DNA of 64,000 nt from Bacteroidetes bacterium MED-G17 (GTDB taxonomy: Bacteria; Bacteroidota; Bacteroidia; NS11-12g; UBA9320): assembly GCA_002457675.1 (NCBI GenBank), contig NTKK01000002.1, positions 18,497 through 82,496 of the forward strand, in the 5' to 3' direction. This document shows, in pieces, positions 30,825-40,613 of this stretch. The position numbers and the translations under genes were made by a program. The notes under the pieces were generated by a model. That model searched no databases, was not told where the DNA came from, and was given only the letters and a program-made list of their open reading frames with translations. Position 1 is the stretch's first letter. The number at the start of each line of letters is the position of its first letter.

Positions 30825-32325
30825 TGTATAGTATGATTTCCTCAATGATACGTCGATTATTAGACAATCTTGGAACTTTGTTTTGACCACCCAATTTTCC
30901 GTGACTTTTTAGCCATTGATAAAAAGTATTTTTTGAAAGTTGGGTTATTTTAGGTGGGAGCATAGCAAGATTTCCATTTCGTTTTGCTTCATAGTCGGAA
31001 TTCAGTTCTTTCAGTTTTTGGTCTAAAAAGTTGATAAATCTTTGTAAATCAGTTGGGACTTTGTTGAACTCTATTAACCATTCGTGCCCACCAGATTTTC
31101 CATCCTCAATATATACTGGTGCCGCCGTAAACTCATGAAAATCTGCTCCTGTATTTTTACATGCCCATTCCATTGCCTCCTCTGCATTGTGAATCATCAA
31201 CTCTTCTCCAAAGGCATTTATAAATAATTTAGTTCGACCTGTTATCCTGAATCGATAGGGTTTTTTACTTGTAAAAACAATGGTATCCCCTAAATCATAT
31301 CTCCACAAACCAGAGTTGGTGCTAATAAGTACAGCGTAATCCTTGTTTGTTTCAATTTGATCGAGCATATAGGTTTTTGGATTGTCCTCTTCATAGTTTT
31401 CCATAGGGATAAACTCATAAAAAATACCATAGTCAACCATAAGAAGCATATCCTTGTTGAGCTCTTGTTGCATGCCAAAAAAGCCTTCTGATGCATTATA
31501 CGCCTCCATAAATCTCATGTTTTTTTTGGCTATAAGTTGCTCAAATTGTGCATGATATGGTTTGAAATTAACCCCTCCATGAAAGTACAATTCCAGATTT
31601 GGCCAAAGCTCTCCAATGCTCTTGCACCCAGAAATTTCCAAAAGCCTTTTAAGCAACAATAAAGTCCATGTTGGAACTCCAGATATATTTGTAACATCTT
31701 GATTAACAATTTCTTGCGCCATCGCTTCAATTTTTACCTCCCAGTCCGGCATTAGAGCCACTTTCGGTTTGGGCGTTGAAATCAAGTTAATGTAAAACGG
31801 TAAATTGTTCATCATAACAGCGCTCAAATCGCCAGTATAAGAATGGTCATTGTATTTATTTATAGATTTACTCCCACCGATAAAAAGAGATTTTCCAGTA
31901 AAAATTTTTGAATCTGGGTATTGATCAAAATAAAAGGTAAGCATATCTCTGCCTCCTCTAAAATGACAGGATTCAAGTGTTTCAAAACTAACTGGAATGT
32001 ATTTACTCTTGTTTGAAGTTGTGCCGCTTGATTTGGCAAACCATTTGATTTCTGAAGGCCATAAAATATTCTGTTGTCCTTCTAAGTTTTTGTTGATAAA
32101 AGGTTTTAGCGCTTCATAGTTCGCAACTGGAAGCCTATCTGTAAATTTCGTGAATGTTGAAATGGACTCAAAACCGTATTTTTTGCCATAAACTGTACTT
32201 TGCGCCACCTTAAGCAAGTTAAAAAGCGTATTAATTTGGGCATCAATTGGGTTTTCAATGCTTTTGTAAATCTGAGGTAAACGTTTACGCATATACCACC
32301 CAACTAAAGAATTTACAACACCCAT
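30808..32325 (-). CDS. GH3 family acyl-adenylate-forming protein
   Basis: AKSSGTT..SKYIP, YNASEGFF, GLWRY.LGD, GKLGGQNKVPRL. Confidence 0.92.
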   Translation of the reverse strand: MGVVNSLVGWYMRKRLPQIYKSIENPIDAQINTLFNLLKVAQSTVYGKKYGFESISTFTKFTDRLPVANYEALKPFINKNLEGQQNILWPSEIKWFAKSSGTTSNKSKYIPVSFETLESCHFRGGRDMLTFYFDQYPDSKIFTGKSLFIGGSKSINKYNDHSYTGDLSAVMMNNLPFYINLISTPKPKVALMPDWEVKIEAMAQEIVNQDVTNISGVPTWTLLLLKRLLEISGCKSIGELWPNLELYFHGGVNFKPYHAQFEQLIAKKNMRFMEAYNASEGFFGMQQELNKDMLLMVDYGIFYEFIPMENYEEDNPKTYMLDQIETNKDYAVLISTNSGLWRYDLGDTIVFTSKKPYRFRITGRTKLFINAFGEELMIHNAEEAMEWACKNTGADFHEFTAAPVYIEDGKSGGHEWLIEFNKVPTDLQRFINFLDQKLKELNSDYEAKRNGNLAMLPPKITQLSKNTFYQWLKSHGKLGGQNKVPRLSNNRRIIEEIILYNEKSN

Positions 32326-32427
32326 TTTTCTGATTATAACCAAAATTAGTCTCTTTTATTGAATGCCACAATTACTAAGAAATAATTGTTGACCTACGGA
32401 TAGAAATCTTTAGTATTGCTTGACGTT

Positions 32428-33006
32428 ATGCAAGTTTTTGAACTTGAAGTTCTGCCATGGACTATTGTGCTTTTGAGTATGATCTATTTGATACTCTTAT
32501 TGCAACAGAGTCATTGGTGTTGGCTATTTGGTATTGCTTCTTCAGGCTTGTCATATATTGTGTTTCAGCCTAAATTATTTTTCGAAAGCCTTTTGTATTT
32601 ATACTACGTAGCTATTGGCATTTACGCATGGCGAGATTGGCTTAAAAAAGGCGTAAAAAACAACAGTAGGGTAAGAAGATTGTCAATAAGAAGTCATGCT
32701 TTTTTACTTATTTTCCAAATAGCCTTGGTAACTTTAATTGGGTATTTATTTAAATCAAAGCAAGATGATTTAAAATCTTTTGTTAGCGAAAGGCCTTATG
32801 CTGACGCGTTTACAAGTATATTTAGTGTTGTAGCTACTTTTTTAGAAGCCAGACGCTATTTAGTTTCTTGGTTATATTGGATTGTTATTAATTTCTTTTC
32901 TGTTTGGCTTTACCTCAAGGTACAAGAACCGGTTTTGGCGGGACAAATGGCAGCATATGGTTTGCTCTCTATGCTTGGTTTTTGGAGGTGGAAAAAATTA
33001 TCTTAA
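32428..33006 (+). CDS. pnuC: PnuC family vitamin (nicotinamide riboside/thiamine-type) transporter
   Basis: WCWLFGI, PYADAFTS..SVVA, SWLYWIVIN; multi-TM. Confidence 0.85.
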   Translation: MQVFELEVLPWTIVLLSMIYLILLLQQSHWCWLFGIASSGLSYIVFQPKLFFESLLYLYYVAIGIYAWRDWLKKGVKNNSRVRRLSIRSHAFLLIFQIALVTLIGYLFKSKQDDLKSFVSERPYADAFTSIFSVVATFLEARRYLVSWLYWIVINFFSVWLYLKVQEPVLAGQMAAYGLLSMLGFWRWKKLS

Positions 33007-36000
33007 TAATTTTACAGTACCTTTTAAATATTTGACTTCACCATTATAAGATTCTGTTCTTATTTGATATTGATACACACCTAATGGTGATTTTTTTCCA
33101 TTCCAAGCTTGGTTTTTGGCACCATCAAAAATTAATTGACCCCATCTATTGTATATTTTCATTTGATATGATTTCATACCCAATCCAATGGGTTTAAACG
33201 CTTCGTTTATATCGTTATTATTAGGGCTAAATGCGTTGGGTATATAAGTGGTAGCTAAAAAATGTACTTTAAGCATTTTAGCAATACTATCTTCACATCC
33301 ATTTTTTGAAGTTAGTATTTGTTTTATCTCATAAGTCCCACTATCCGAAAATTGGTGAAAGAAACTTGCATCTGTATATAGGGAACTATCACTAATCTCA
33401 TATTGGTATTTCGTAGCACCAACACTTTTGTCTATAAATTCAATATTGGCATTTAGAATATCTGTTTCATTCGGGAAAAAATCAAAGCCTGTTTTGGGTA
33501 AAGGGTATATCTCTATGGACTTCGTAGCCTCATAAAAACAATTTGGTAGCGTTTCAAATTTTAGGAAAATAGTATACAGACCACTTTTTTGATAAGTATA
33601 TAACAAGGTATTCTGATTGCTTACTGTATTCCCATCACCTAGATCAAAAATTGAATTGGAAATACTTGTTTTTAAACCTTCAGAAGCATTATTGATGATT
33701 TGTTGATCTCCAATGCAAACACTGTCTGCTACAATTTTAGCTCTGACTATGTTTTGAATTTTTATGTTTTCAAATGCCGTGTCTTTACAGCCTAAGTCAT
33801 CAGTTAAAATAAGGCTTACAGTGTACAATCCAGTATCTGAATAGGCATATTCAAAACTGTCCAAGACACTATTTTTACCGTCTCCTAGCGTCCATTGAGG
33901 ATTTATGTTAGGTGATTTAAAAAGAGCTAAATTATCCGAACACGGCAAGGAGATATCTATTTGTGCCTGCGGCTTTTCTAACAAATTAAAATTATAGGTA
34001 GAATCTTTGATACAATCATTTTTTGCTTTGGTAAACAGTTGAACTTGATATGCTCCGCTTGACAATTTTTTCCTCCAATTGCTTTTTTGAATAGTATCGC
34101 CCTCAAAAACCCAAAAAAGTTCGCTCAAAGAGTCTATTGGGCTAGGTGTAGCTTCCCAAGTAAAATATTCGTTTTCACATTTTCCTGAAAAGTTGGCTAT
34201 TGGGCTTACCAAAGACTTGGTCCAGAATGTTTTTTGAATCGAGTCTTTACAACCAAATTGATTTTCTACATATTGCCAGATATGGCTTTGTCCACCCTTT
34301 TTAGGAACTACAAGTAGGGGATTTACTTGTACAAACTCTTGATTTTTCCAATACCATTTTATCTCTTTTACTTTATTCCGTGGAAAAATAGCCTGGTCTA
34401 TTGCATGTAAAGTATCGCCAAGACATATGTTGGAAGCAACAAAATTGGCTGATGGTTTAGGAAATACATCAAGAATTTTAGTCAGCGTGTCTTTACAAGC
34501 AAAATTGGTTTCTATTTCTAAGCTCATATTGAATTTTCCGGTATCGTTGTGCACCATTTTAAATTGCTTGCTGCTGTTTATCAATTGAGTATCTAATCGC
34601 CAATTATAATTCAATATTGTATCAATCGATGTGTTTTTTGAAATGTAGAAAATTGTGTCTCCTAAACATTTTTCTTTATAATCAAAATTGGCTACCGGTT
34701 TTTGATAAACCCATGTCGTATCTATAGTATAATCTTCACATCCAAATGGAGTTCGAGTCGCCAACACAATTTCTTTTTTTCCGTCTGTTTTCCAACGAAT
34801 AATAGCTGTATCACCTACTATAGAGTCATTATTTATCCTCCAATAATGTGAAAAAGAATCTGTTGATTGTGTAGTTGCCACATAACTCAAATAATCCATC
34901 TGACAGCCATTGGCAATTTGCAAGCTTGGCTTGGGTGCTTTATAAATTTGCAGAGTGTCTCGAATAGTGTCTTGACATCCTCTAGAATCAACTATCCACA
35001 ATTTGATGGCTTTATGCCCTGAACTATCAAACATTACTTTGGGTTCAAAAACATCGAAACTGTCTTTGCCAATTGTCCAACTTGTTGTAACAAGCGGATT
35101 GCTGAACGAGCTTTCATTTTTTGTTTCTACAAGCTGAAAAACACAAGCATTATTGACGATGAAATTAGCTTGAGGGTTTTTGTTTACCCTTACATAAAGC
35201 GAGTCATGGAGATAACAACCCGTGGGATCTGTTACGGATACAAAATACTTTTTGTCCTTACGAATATTGGCGTAAGGTCTAGTAAAAAATGGGTCGCTCA
35301 AACTGTCTTGGGGCGTCCACGCGTATTGTTTAATTCTGCCAACACCTCCATCAGCTATATTGCCAATCCGTATAGGAAAACCTTCACACATGTCGGCGGT
35401 ATCTTTCATGTCAATGGTAATAGCTGGATAGACTGTGATGAAAGCTGAGTCTACACTTTTACAATTGCCTCGATCCGTAGTCAATTTGATCAACTGTTTT
35501 GCATTGGAAGCTGTAAAATTTTGTGCTGAAAAATAAGCTAAACTGCTCGTTGGTTGGTTGATTCTTTGGGTATCGTTCCAAGAATAAGTATAATAAGCAG
35601 GGGATTTTGTTCCAACCAAAATAGGATCATAGCTACATATTGTCGTATCTGAACGAACATTTTGTAAAACGATTCTACCTACGGCTTCCGTAGCCTCTTC
35701 ACATAAACAACTTTTCGCGTCAATATGTAATAGTAAGTTACAGGCTTGACCTTTTTGTAAGAGATACCTAAATCTTTGTTTGACGGTTTGGTTTTTCTTT
35801 ATTTCTACCGAGATAGTATCTCGCGCAAGCAGTGTATCGGAAGGATCCACTATTCCATTTTTATTGGCGTCAAAAATTAACTTAACTCCCAAGTTTATAT
35901 TTTGCTTTTTTACCGTACCCATATTGGTAATTTCATAATCTATTTCTGCCCACTCTTCACTTAATTCCATCATTGATTTTGCTTTTACAAACTTCAGTTG

Positions 36001-39000
36001 GTAAATACTTTTCTTAACAGAATCTAAAAGAAGTTGATCGCTAGTGTTTACAAATATTTTACAAGAGGAATTATTCTTCACACAGGTAACGGACTGCATC
36101 ACCACAGCTTGCATATATAAAGGCACTTGACCGCAGACCAATTCGTCTGAAAGCACATAAGTAGCCAACTGGAAATGTGCGCTATCCCTAGGGGCTATTC
36201 CAACAGGAATATCCATAATATAGCGGTTGTTGCCATTTGTGGTATCATATGTTATTTTTTGAATACCGTTATGCAAGCTGACTGTTTTTGTAGGATTTAT
36301 GTAAAATCCTTTGGGTACATTAAAGATTATTTTGTCTGTTTGGGTAGTGCTATCTGGGCCTAGATTTAGAAACTTAACTGTTGTATTGTCTTCATAGTTA
36401 CATGCATCAAGTGGATTCATGGTAAACTTTAGTGACGAATAGTAAGGTTGTTTTACGCCTTTAATTCTTATAGGTTTTCCCGCTGTTATGCCTGCATAAA
36501 CTGGATCTCCACATTTTAAAAATCCGCCTGGTTTTAGCATAAAAAAACTACCACTTATAAAATTGCAATTGGTGTTTATTTTAAATTTTAGTTGGGCATT
36601 CGCCCTCGAACTATTCACTTTTTCAATACCCTTTTTCTTAAGAAGAGCATCATATGGCTCCAAATAGAATCGATAAACATTGTTTGCCACTTTGCTAGGG
36701 TTTCTAACCAATGATGAATCTTGAGCGGATTTATAAAATAGCCAAAGTGTATCGGATAGCTCCATCCCTGGCTGAAGGTATATGTCAATAAATGGATTGT
36801 ATACATTTGATTGACCAACATTTGATAGTTGCACTTCGTACTGTTGAGGTGAACAAAGATCTACTTTTTGATTGCTGTCGTTTAATGAAATTTCTAAACG
36901 TGTATTAATTACCTTAAGTGATAAGTTGACTTTAGAAAATTGACAAGCATAGTCATCCAAAGAGTCTGGATAATTTACACAATCCCAACCAGCAAGCAGA
37001 TCAAAATTTTTGGGTGTACAAGCGGTAAATTTTGCTTTCACTTCGAACTGCTTTTGTGCTTGGGCAGCCAATGTACCAAAAAGAAAAATATCATTTTGCT
37101 TACTGAGCAACTTGTTTGAAGACAGTTCTTTTATCTGCAAAAGCTGCATTCCTTGATATTTTCTTGCACCAAAAAATAGCTTTTCAGCAATGCCCTGTCT
37201 GTTGGTATTTGAAACACTAATAACCCAAATCGCCGTATCGTTGGCAGGGTTTACTTCTTGTTCTTGAGCTACTATATTTATACTCGCTTTTTCAATATTT
37301 ACTAAGTCTCGAGAATTGCTAGAATATAGGGTATCAAGACCGTTTCCTAATTGGTTTCTTTGCCTAAAAACAAAAGAATAGTTGACGGTATTACTTCCCG
37401 AATTGGCTACACAATTGGTAGTAATTTTTGGTTGAAATACTCCATGAAAACCATCATCGCTTAGCAAAAACTCTCCACCTTTATCACTGAACAAAGAATC
37501 TAGCGAAAAAACAACTTGATTTGTGTTGGAACTACTAGGGTATACTTTTAAATTGTATTGGTTTCTAATGCTTCCAATACCTTTGGTTCCATAGTGCCAC
37601 ATCCGTGCTTCTTGGCATGTAAAACCTTTGGGCAAATGCACAATTACTTTTTCTACATTGGCCCAGTTTCTATACTCATATGGGAATATGTCATTTCCCG
37701 CGTAATTTGAGCAACATGGCCCTAAACCTAAGTAAAAATTTTGGCTTATGTACTGTTCTTTGCAGCCCGAATTATTATAAGTTCCTGGCCCCCAATTCGT
37801 AAAATAATAACCCACCAAGTTAAGTCGGTCTGAAAAGGTATCGCATTGAAATTTTTGGCTAGCTGAAGGATTGCTTACGGAGGATATGTAGAATTCGTTG
37901 GTAAACTCCATTTCTCCAATATTTCCTCCATAATTGTCATTTACAATATACAATACTTCAAGCTCAATACTATCTGCATTTTGGTAATTAAAATTCGTGG
38001 GTAATCGGCTCCCACCCGAGGTCAGGCCTGCATAACTCAAATCAAAAGAAAAAGTTCTATTTTGACCCGTTGTATTTTGACTGTAGTTTATACCTGTCCC
38101 ATTAAAATATTGCACGTTGGAACGATATATTTTAGCGCGCACTGATTGTACGTCCAAAAATTTTCCTAAACGTATTTTGCTAATGGCACGGCAATAATTC
38201 CATCGAAATGAATTGGAGTAAATTTTACCTCTAAAAGTTGCTTTTAGGGTATCACCGAACATAATTCTCTTCTTTTTCACCTTGCCTTGGTCTATACTCC
38301 CTGTACTGTCTGGAATTCCGTCAGAATTATTGTCTGGTTTACCAAAACTTATTCGCTCAGCTAAAAAATCGTTAAAATGCAAGCCATAAGCACAAGTAGG
38401 TGAACAATGTAGTTTTATCTGGTCTTCATCGCAAAAAGGAAGAAACCATTTATTCTTTGCACAAGTTGTGTCTGGATTGTAACGCCATTGTATTTTGTAC
38501 TTGAGATTGTTGTTTTTGGTATTGATACAATTTCCTTTAATCTTTATTTTCAATTCACCCCGATTTAGCGTTACCTTAGGAGAACCATAAAAAACGGCAC
38601 GAATGGTATCACCTTTTTTAATCAGCTTATTAGGTTTCCAAGAAGTCCCATTTTGGTGAATAAATTGAAAATCCGCAGCTTGCAAGGAATGACTTAAACC
38701 AGCTTCAAGAATTAAATCTAAGGAACTTTTAGCCGCTGTACTTGCCGTGACAAGTCTGCCTGAATTGAATTCATAATTTAGCTCTGCATCACGAGAAGGT
38801 TTGATGTCTGTAGGGGCCAATTTAGTAAACCTGATGGACTGATAATAACCATATGAACCCCATGTTGTGCCTTCTGTAATTTGGTTTTTACATTGGTTTT
38901 GGTGATTTACCAAAGTATACCATCTATTGCTCCAAAAAGCCGCATTACAATTTTCTGATATACATGCACGGCTATGCCAATAAACATAAATGCTATCTAG

Positions 39001-40164
39001 GCTATTGAGCGCTGGCAAGTCGACTATCACTGAAGCTGCTGCATTATTGCCCAAACAAGCATAAATCCCGTTTCTATTTGCGTAACTAAGCACGCTGAGT
39101 GTTTGTATTTTTATTTTCTTACCTTTTTTTCCCATCGAATAATAAAAGCTGTCTGTAAGAACTTCGCTAAGCATATTATTACTTGATTGCCGCACGGTAA
39201 GCGTAAGTTTTCTTGCAGTATCGTTTCCTGTATTTACCAATATAGACCGTTGTGCATGCGGTTTTGAAAAATCAAAGCAAGGTGTGGTATAGGACGTATT
39301 GATTGTTTTTATTTTGGGACTTTTGGTGCTAATCTGACTACCTACTTTTTTGCTTTGTCGAATGCAAATATTGCGCCCGCAATACCAAATTGCTTGATAG
39401 TGAACATCTAAAGAATCACAAGCTACATTTTGAAAACTATCTACAAAAGTGATTTGCTCGTGTTTATCAAAATAAATGTCTTTGTTGCCAATTTTTTTAA
39501 AATAACTACTGTCTAAAATGTGCCAAAAGGTATCCTTGCTCTTTTGGGTTAATTTAGGTTTAGCACCTCTCCATTGTAGGCCTGACCCAAGCATTCTGAA
39601 AAGAGCTATTTTGACCAATTTTCCATTGCCGCTGTTGCTTAAAACCACTTTTCTAGAAAATGTATCTTTCACATCTAAAGTATTTAAGGATTGGCTAATA
39701 GACAATATTTGGAGTGATGGCTGTAGAATATTTAGTGGTGTGGATGTTTTTTGAAGTTTGGTGCTGCCTTGGTTTACTTCCACTTTATAGGTGAATAGAG
39801 CGCCTGAACTAACTTTATTGCTCGCTCCGCAAAGTACTTTGCATCGCAACTTACAGGTAATTGACGAGGCCAGGCCAATTGAGGAAAAAGTAAATATAGG
39901 CCGAGCTGGGTTGCTTACATTGCTTTCTGAAATTCCATTGCCTAACAAGCTACCCGAAGCATACTCCATATTTTCTGGCAAGGATAATTGTATACTGCCT
40001 GCGCCAATAGCAGATGTACTTATATTTCTTAGCTCTATGGTAATAAAATCTCCCGAGGTACATAGGTGAATAGATGATGGATTACTTAAACTTAACACCA
40101 TGCTTTGTGAACAAAGCGTATATGGCAGAAAACAAAAAACAATCCATTTAAAAAATCTTTTCAT
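32998..40164 (-). CDS. giant (2388 aa) T9SS type-B CTD surface protein with PKD-like repeats
   Basis: Signal peptide from ATG 40164; repeated W.LGDG/GC.D(T/S) PKD-like units; CTD YIPNAFSPNN..N..F..IYNRWG..W.G..GVY..GTVKLLR. Confidence 0.9.
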   Translation of the reverse strand: MKRFFKWIVFCFLPYTLCSQSMVLSLSNPSSIHLCTSGDFITIELRNISTSAIGAGSIQLSLPENMEYASGSLLGNGISESNVSNPARPIFTFSSIGLASSITCKLRCKVLCGASNKVSSGALFTYKVEVNQGSTKLQKTSTPLNILQPSLQILSISQSLNTLDVKDTFSRKVVLSNSGNGKLVKIALFRMLGSGLQWRGAKPKLTQKSKDTFWHILDSSYFKKIGNKDIYFDKHEQITFVDSFQNVACDSLDVHYQAIWYCGRNICIRQSKKVGSQISTKSPKIKTINTSYTTPCFDFSKPHAQRSILVNTGNDTARKLTLTVRQSSNNMLSEVLTDSFYYSMGKKGKKIKIQTLSVLSYANRNGIYACLGNNAAASVIVDLPALNSLDSIYVYWHSRACISENCNAAFWSNRWYTLVNHQNQCKNQITEGTTWGSYGYYQSIRFTKLAPTDIKPSRDAELNYEFNSGRLVTASTAAKSSLDLILEAGLSHSLQAADFQFIHQNGTSWKPNKLIKKGDTIRAVFYGSPKVTLNRGELKIKIKGNCINTKNNNLKYKIQWRYNPDTTCAKNKWFLPFCDEDQIKLHCSPTCAYGLHFNDFLAERISFGKPDNNSDGIPDSTGSIDQGKVKKKRIMFGDTLKATFRGKIYSNSFRWNYCRAISKIRLGKFLDVQSVRAKIYRSNVQYFNGTGINYSQNTTGQNRTFSFDLSYAGLTSGGSRLPTNFNYQNADSIELEVLYIVNDNYGGNIGEMEFTNEFYISSVSNPSASQKFQCDTFSDRLNLVGYYFTNWGPGTYNNSGCKEQYISQNFYLGLGPCCSNYAGNDIFPYEYRNWANVEKVIVHLPKGFTCQEARMWHYGTKGIGSIRNQYNLKVYPSSSNTNQVVFSLDSLFSDKGGEFLLSDDGFHGVFQPKITTNCVANSGSNTVNYSFVFRQRNQLGNGLDTLYSSNSRDLVNIEKASINIVAQEQEVNPANDTAIWVISVSNTNRQGIAEKLFFGARKYQGMQLLQIKELSSNKLLSKQNDIFLFGTLAAQAQKQFEVKAKFTACTPKNFDLLAGWDCVNYPDSLDDYACQFSKVNLSLKVINTRLEISLNDSNQKVDLCSPQQYEVQLSNVGQSNVYNPFIDIYLQPGMELSDTLWLFYKSAQDSSLVRNPSKVANNVYRFYLEPYDALLKKKGIEKVNSSRANAQLKFKINTNCNFISGSFFMLKPGGFLKCGDPVYAGITAGKPIRIKGVKQPYYSSLKFTMNPLDACNYEDNTTVKFLNLGPDSTTQTDKIIFNVPKGFYINPTKTVSLHNGIQKITYDTTNGNNRYIMDIPVGIAPRDSAHFQLATYVLSDELVCGQVPLYMQAVVMQSVTCVKNNSSCKIFVNTSDQLLLDSVKKSIYQLKFVKAKSMMELSEEWAEIDYEITNMGTVKKQNINLGVKLIFDANKNGIVDPSDTLLARDTISVEIKKNQTVKQRFRYLLQKGQACNLLLHIDAKSCLCEEATEAVGRIVLQNVRSDTTICSYDPILVGTKSPAYYTYSWNDTQRINQPTSSLAYFSAQNFTASNAKQLIKLTTDRGNCKSVDSAFITVYPAITIDMKDTADMCEGFPIRIGNIADGGVGRIKQYAWTPQDSLSDPFFTRPYANIRKDKKYFVSVTDPTGCYLHDSLYVRVNKNPQANFIVNNACVFQLVETKNESSFSNPLVTTSWTIGKDSFDVFEPKVMFDSSGHKAIKLWIVDSRGCQDTIRDTLQIYKAPKPSLQIANGCQMDYLSYVATTQSTDSFSHYWRINNDSIVGDTAIIRWKTDGKKEIVLATRTPFGCEDYTIDTTWVYQKPVANFDYKEKCLGDTIFYISKNTSIDTILNYNWRLDTQLINSSKQFKMVHNDTGKFNMSLEIETNFACKDTLTKILDVFPKPSANFVASNICLGDTLHAIDQAIFPRNKVKEIKWYWKNQEFVQVNPLLVVPKKGGQSHIWQYVENQFGCKDSIQKTFWTKSLVSPIANFSGKCENEYFTWEATPSPIDSLSELFWVFEGDTIQKSNWRKKLSSGAYQVQLFTKAKNDCIKDSTYNFNLLEKPQAQIDISLPCSDNLALFKSPNINPQWTLGDGKNSVLDSFEYAYSDTGLYTVSLILTDDLGCKDTAFENIKIQNIVRAKIVADSVCIGDQQIINNASEGLKTSISNSIFDLGDGNTVSNQNTLLYTYQKSGLYTIFLKFETLPNCFYEATKSIEIYPLPKTGFDFFPNETDILNANIEFIDKSVGATKYQYEISDSSLYTDASFFHQFSDSGTYEIKQILTSKNGCEDSIAKMLKVHFLATTYIPNAFSPNNNDINEAFKPIGLGMKSYQMKIYNRWGQLIFDGAKNQAWNGKKSPLGVYQYQIRTESYNGEVKYLKGTVKLLR

Positions 40165-40216
40165 CCTAACCAATATGTAAAAATAGGGGTTTTGAAAAAA
40201 TTCTATTTTCTGGGAC

Positions 40217-40245
40217 AAAAAAAGGAGCACCGATTGGCACTCCTT
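40217..40245 (-). terminator. intrinsic terminator, last member of the hairpin array
   Basis: Minus strand AAGGAGTGCC-AATC-GGTGCTCC-TTTTTTT. Confidence 0.8.
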
Positions 40246-40543
40246 CTTGGCAAAATGTTATTTTGCCTGATGCGTATAATGTACAAAGTAAAAGGAAAAT
40301 TCCCTTTCACCTTGCAACCCTAAAGGGAGTGCCGTTGCTGACACTCCCGAGCTTAAAAACTATATAATAAAAATGAGAAAAGCTATGACATTGCTTTTCA
40401 ACACCAAAGGGAATGCCGTTACTGACACTCCCAATTGGTTTTTGTACCAAGAAAATCCTATAGCTCAATTTTTATAAAGCTTTAGATACCTTTTTCTAGA
40501 AAGGGAGTGCCCCTGTGTGCTGCAAAACAAATAGACACCCCCT
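40217..40543 (-). repeat. array of four related stem-loops, candidate structured ncRNA or leader
   Basis: Copies at 40217-40245, 40322-40348, 40406-40432, 40500-40543; minus-strand consensus GGGAGTGTC-loop-GGCACTCCC-TTT; the two middle copies are 25/27 identical. Confidence 0.8.
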
Positions 40544-40613
40544 CATGAGAAAGATATAAATAATCAGCGTGACATCGTAGTGTAATGTTTTAACACACTG
40601 ATTTTCTTAACCC

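Noticed and set aside
40165-40230. ORF-track N-terminal extension of the giant protein to 40230
   Set aside because: It starts inside the terminator hairpin; ATG 40164 gives a proper signal peptide.
40269-40296. dif-like site GATGCGTATAA-TGTACA
   Set aside because: Resembles the XerC arm and spacer of E. coli dif, but the normally better conserved XerD arm (TTATGTTAAAT) is absent.
40457-40470. CCTATAGCTCAATT, 13/14 match to the 5' part of the nearby CAT tRNA (possible att site)
   Set aside because: Short, inverted relative to the tRNA, 5' rather than 3' end, and no integrase; likely chance.
40217-40543. Hairpin array as a CRISPR array
   Set aside because: Only four divergent copies, spacers of about 55-75 nt that are uneven and self-structured, and no cas genes in the window.
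40217-40603. Hairpin array as a known riboswitch (TPP, cobalamin, SAM, c-di-GMP)
   Set aside because: I could not find the conserved aptamer cores by eye; an Rfam scan is still needed.
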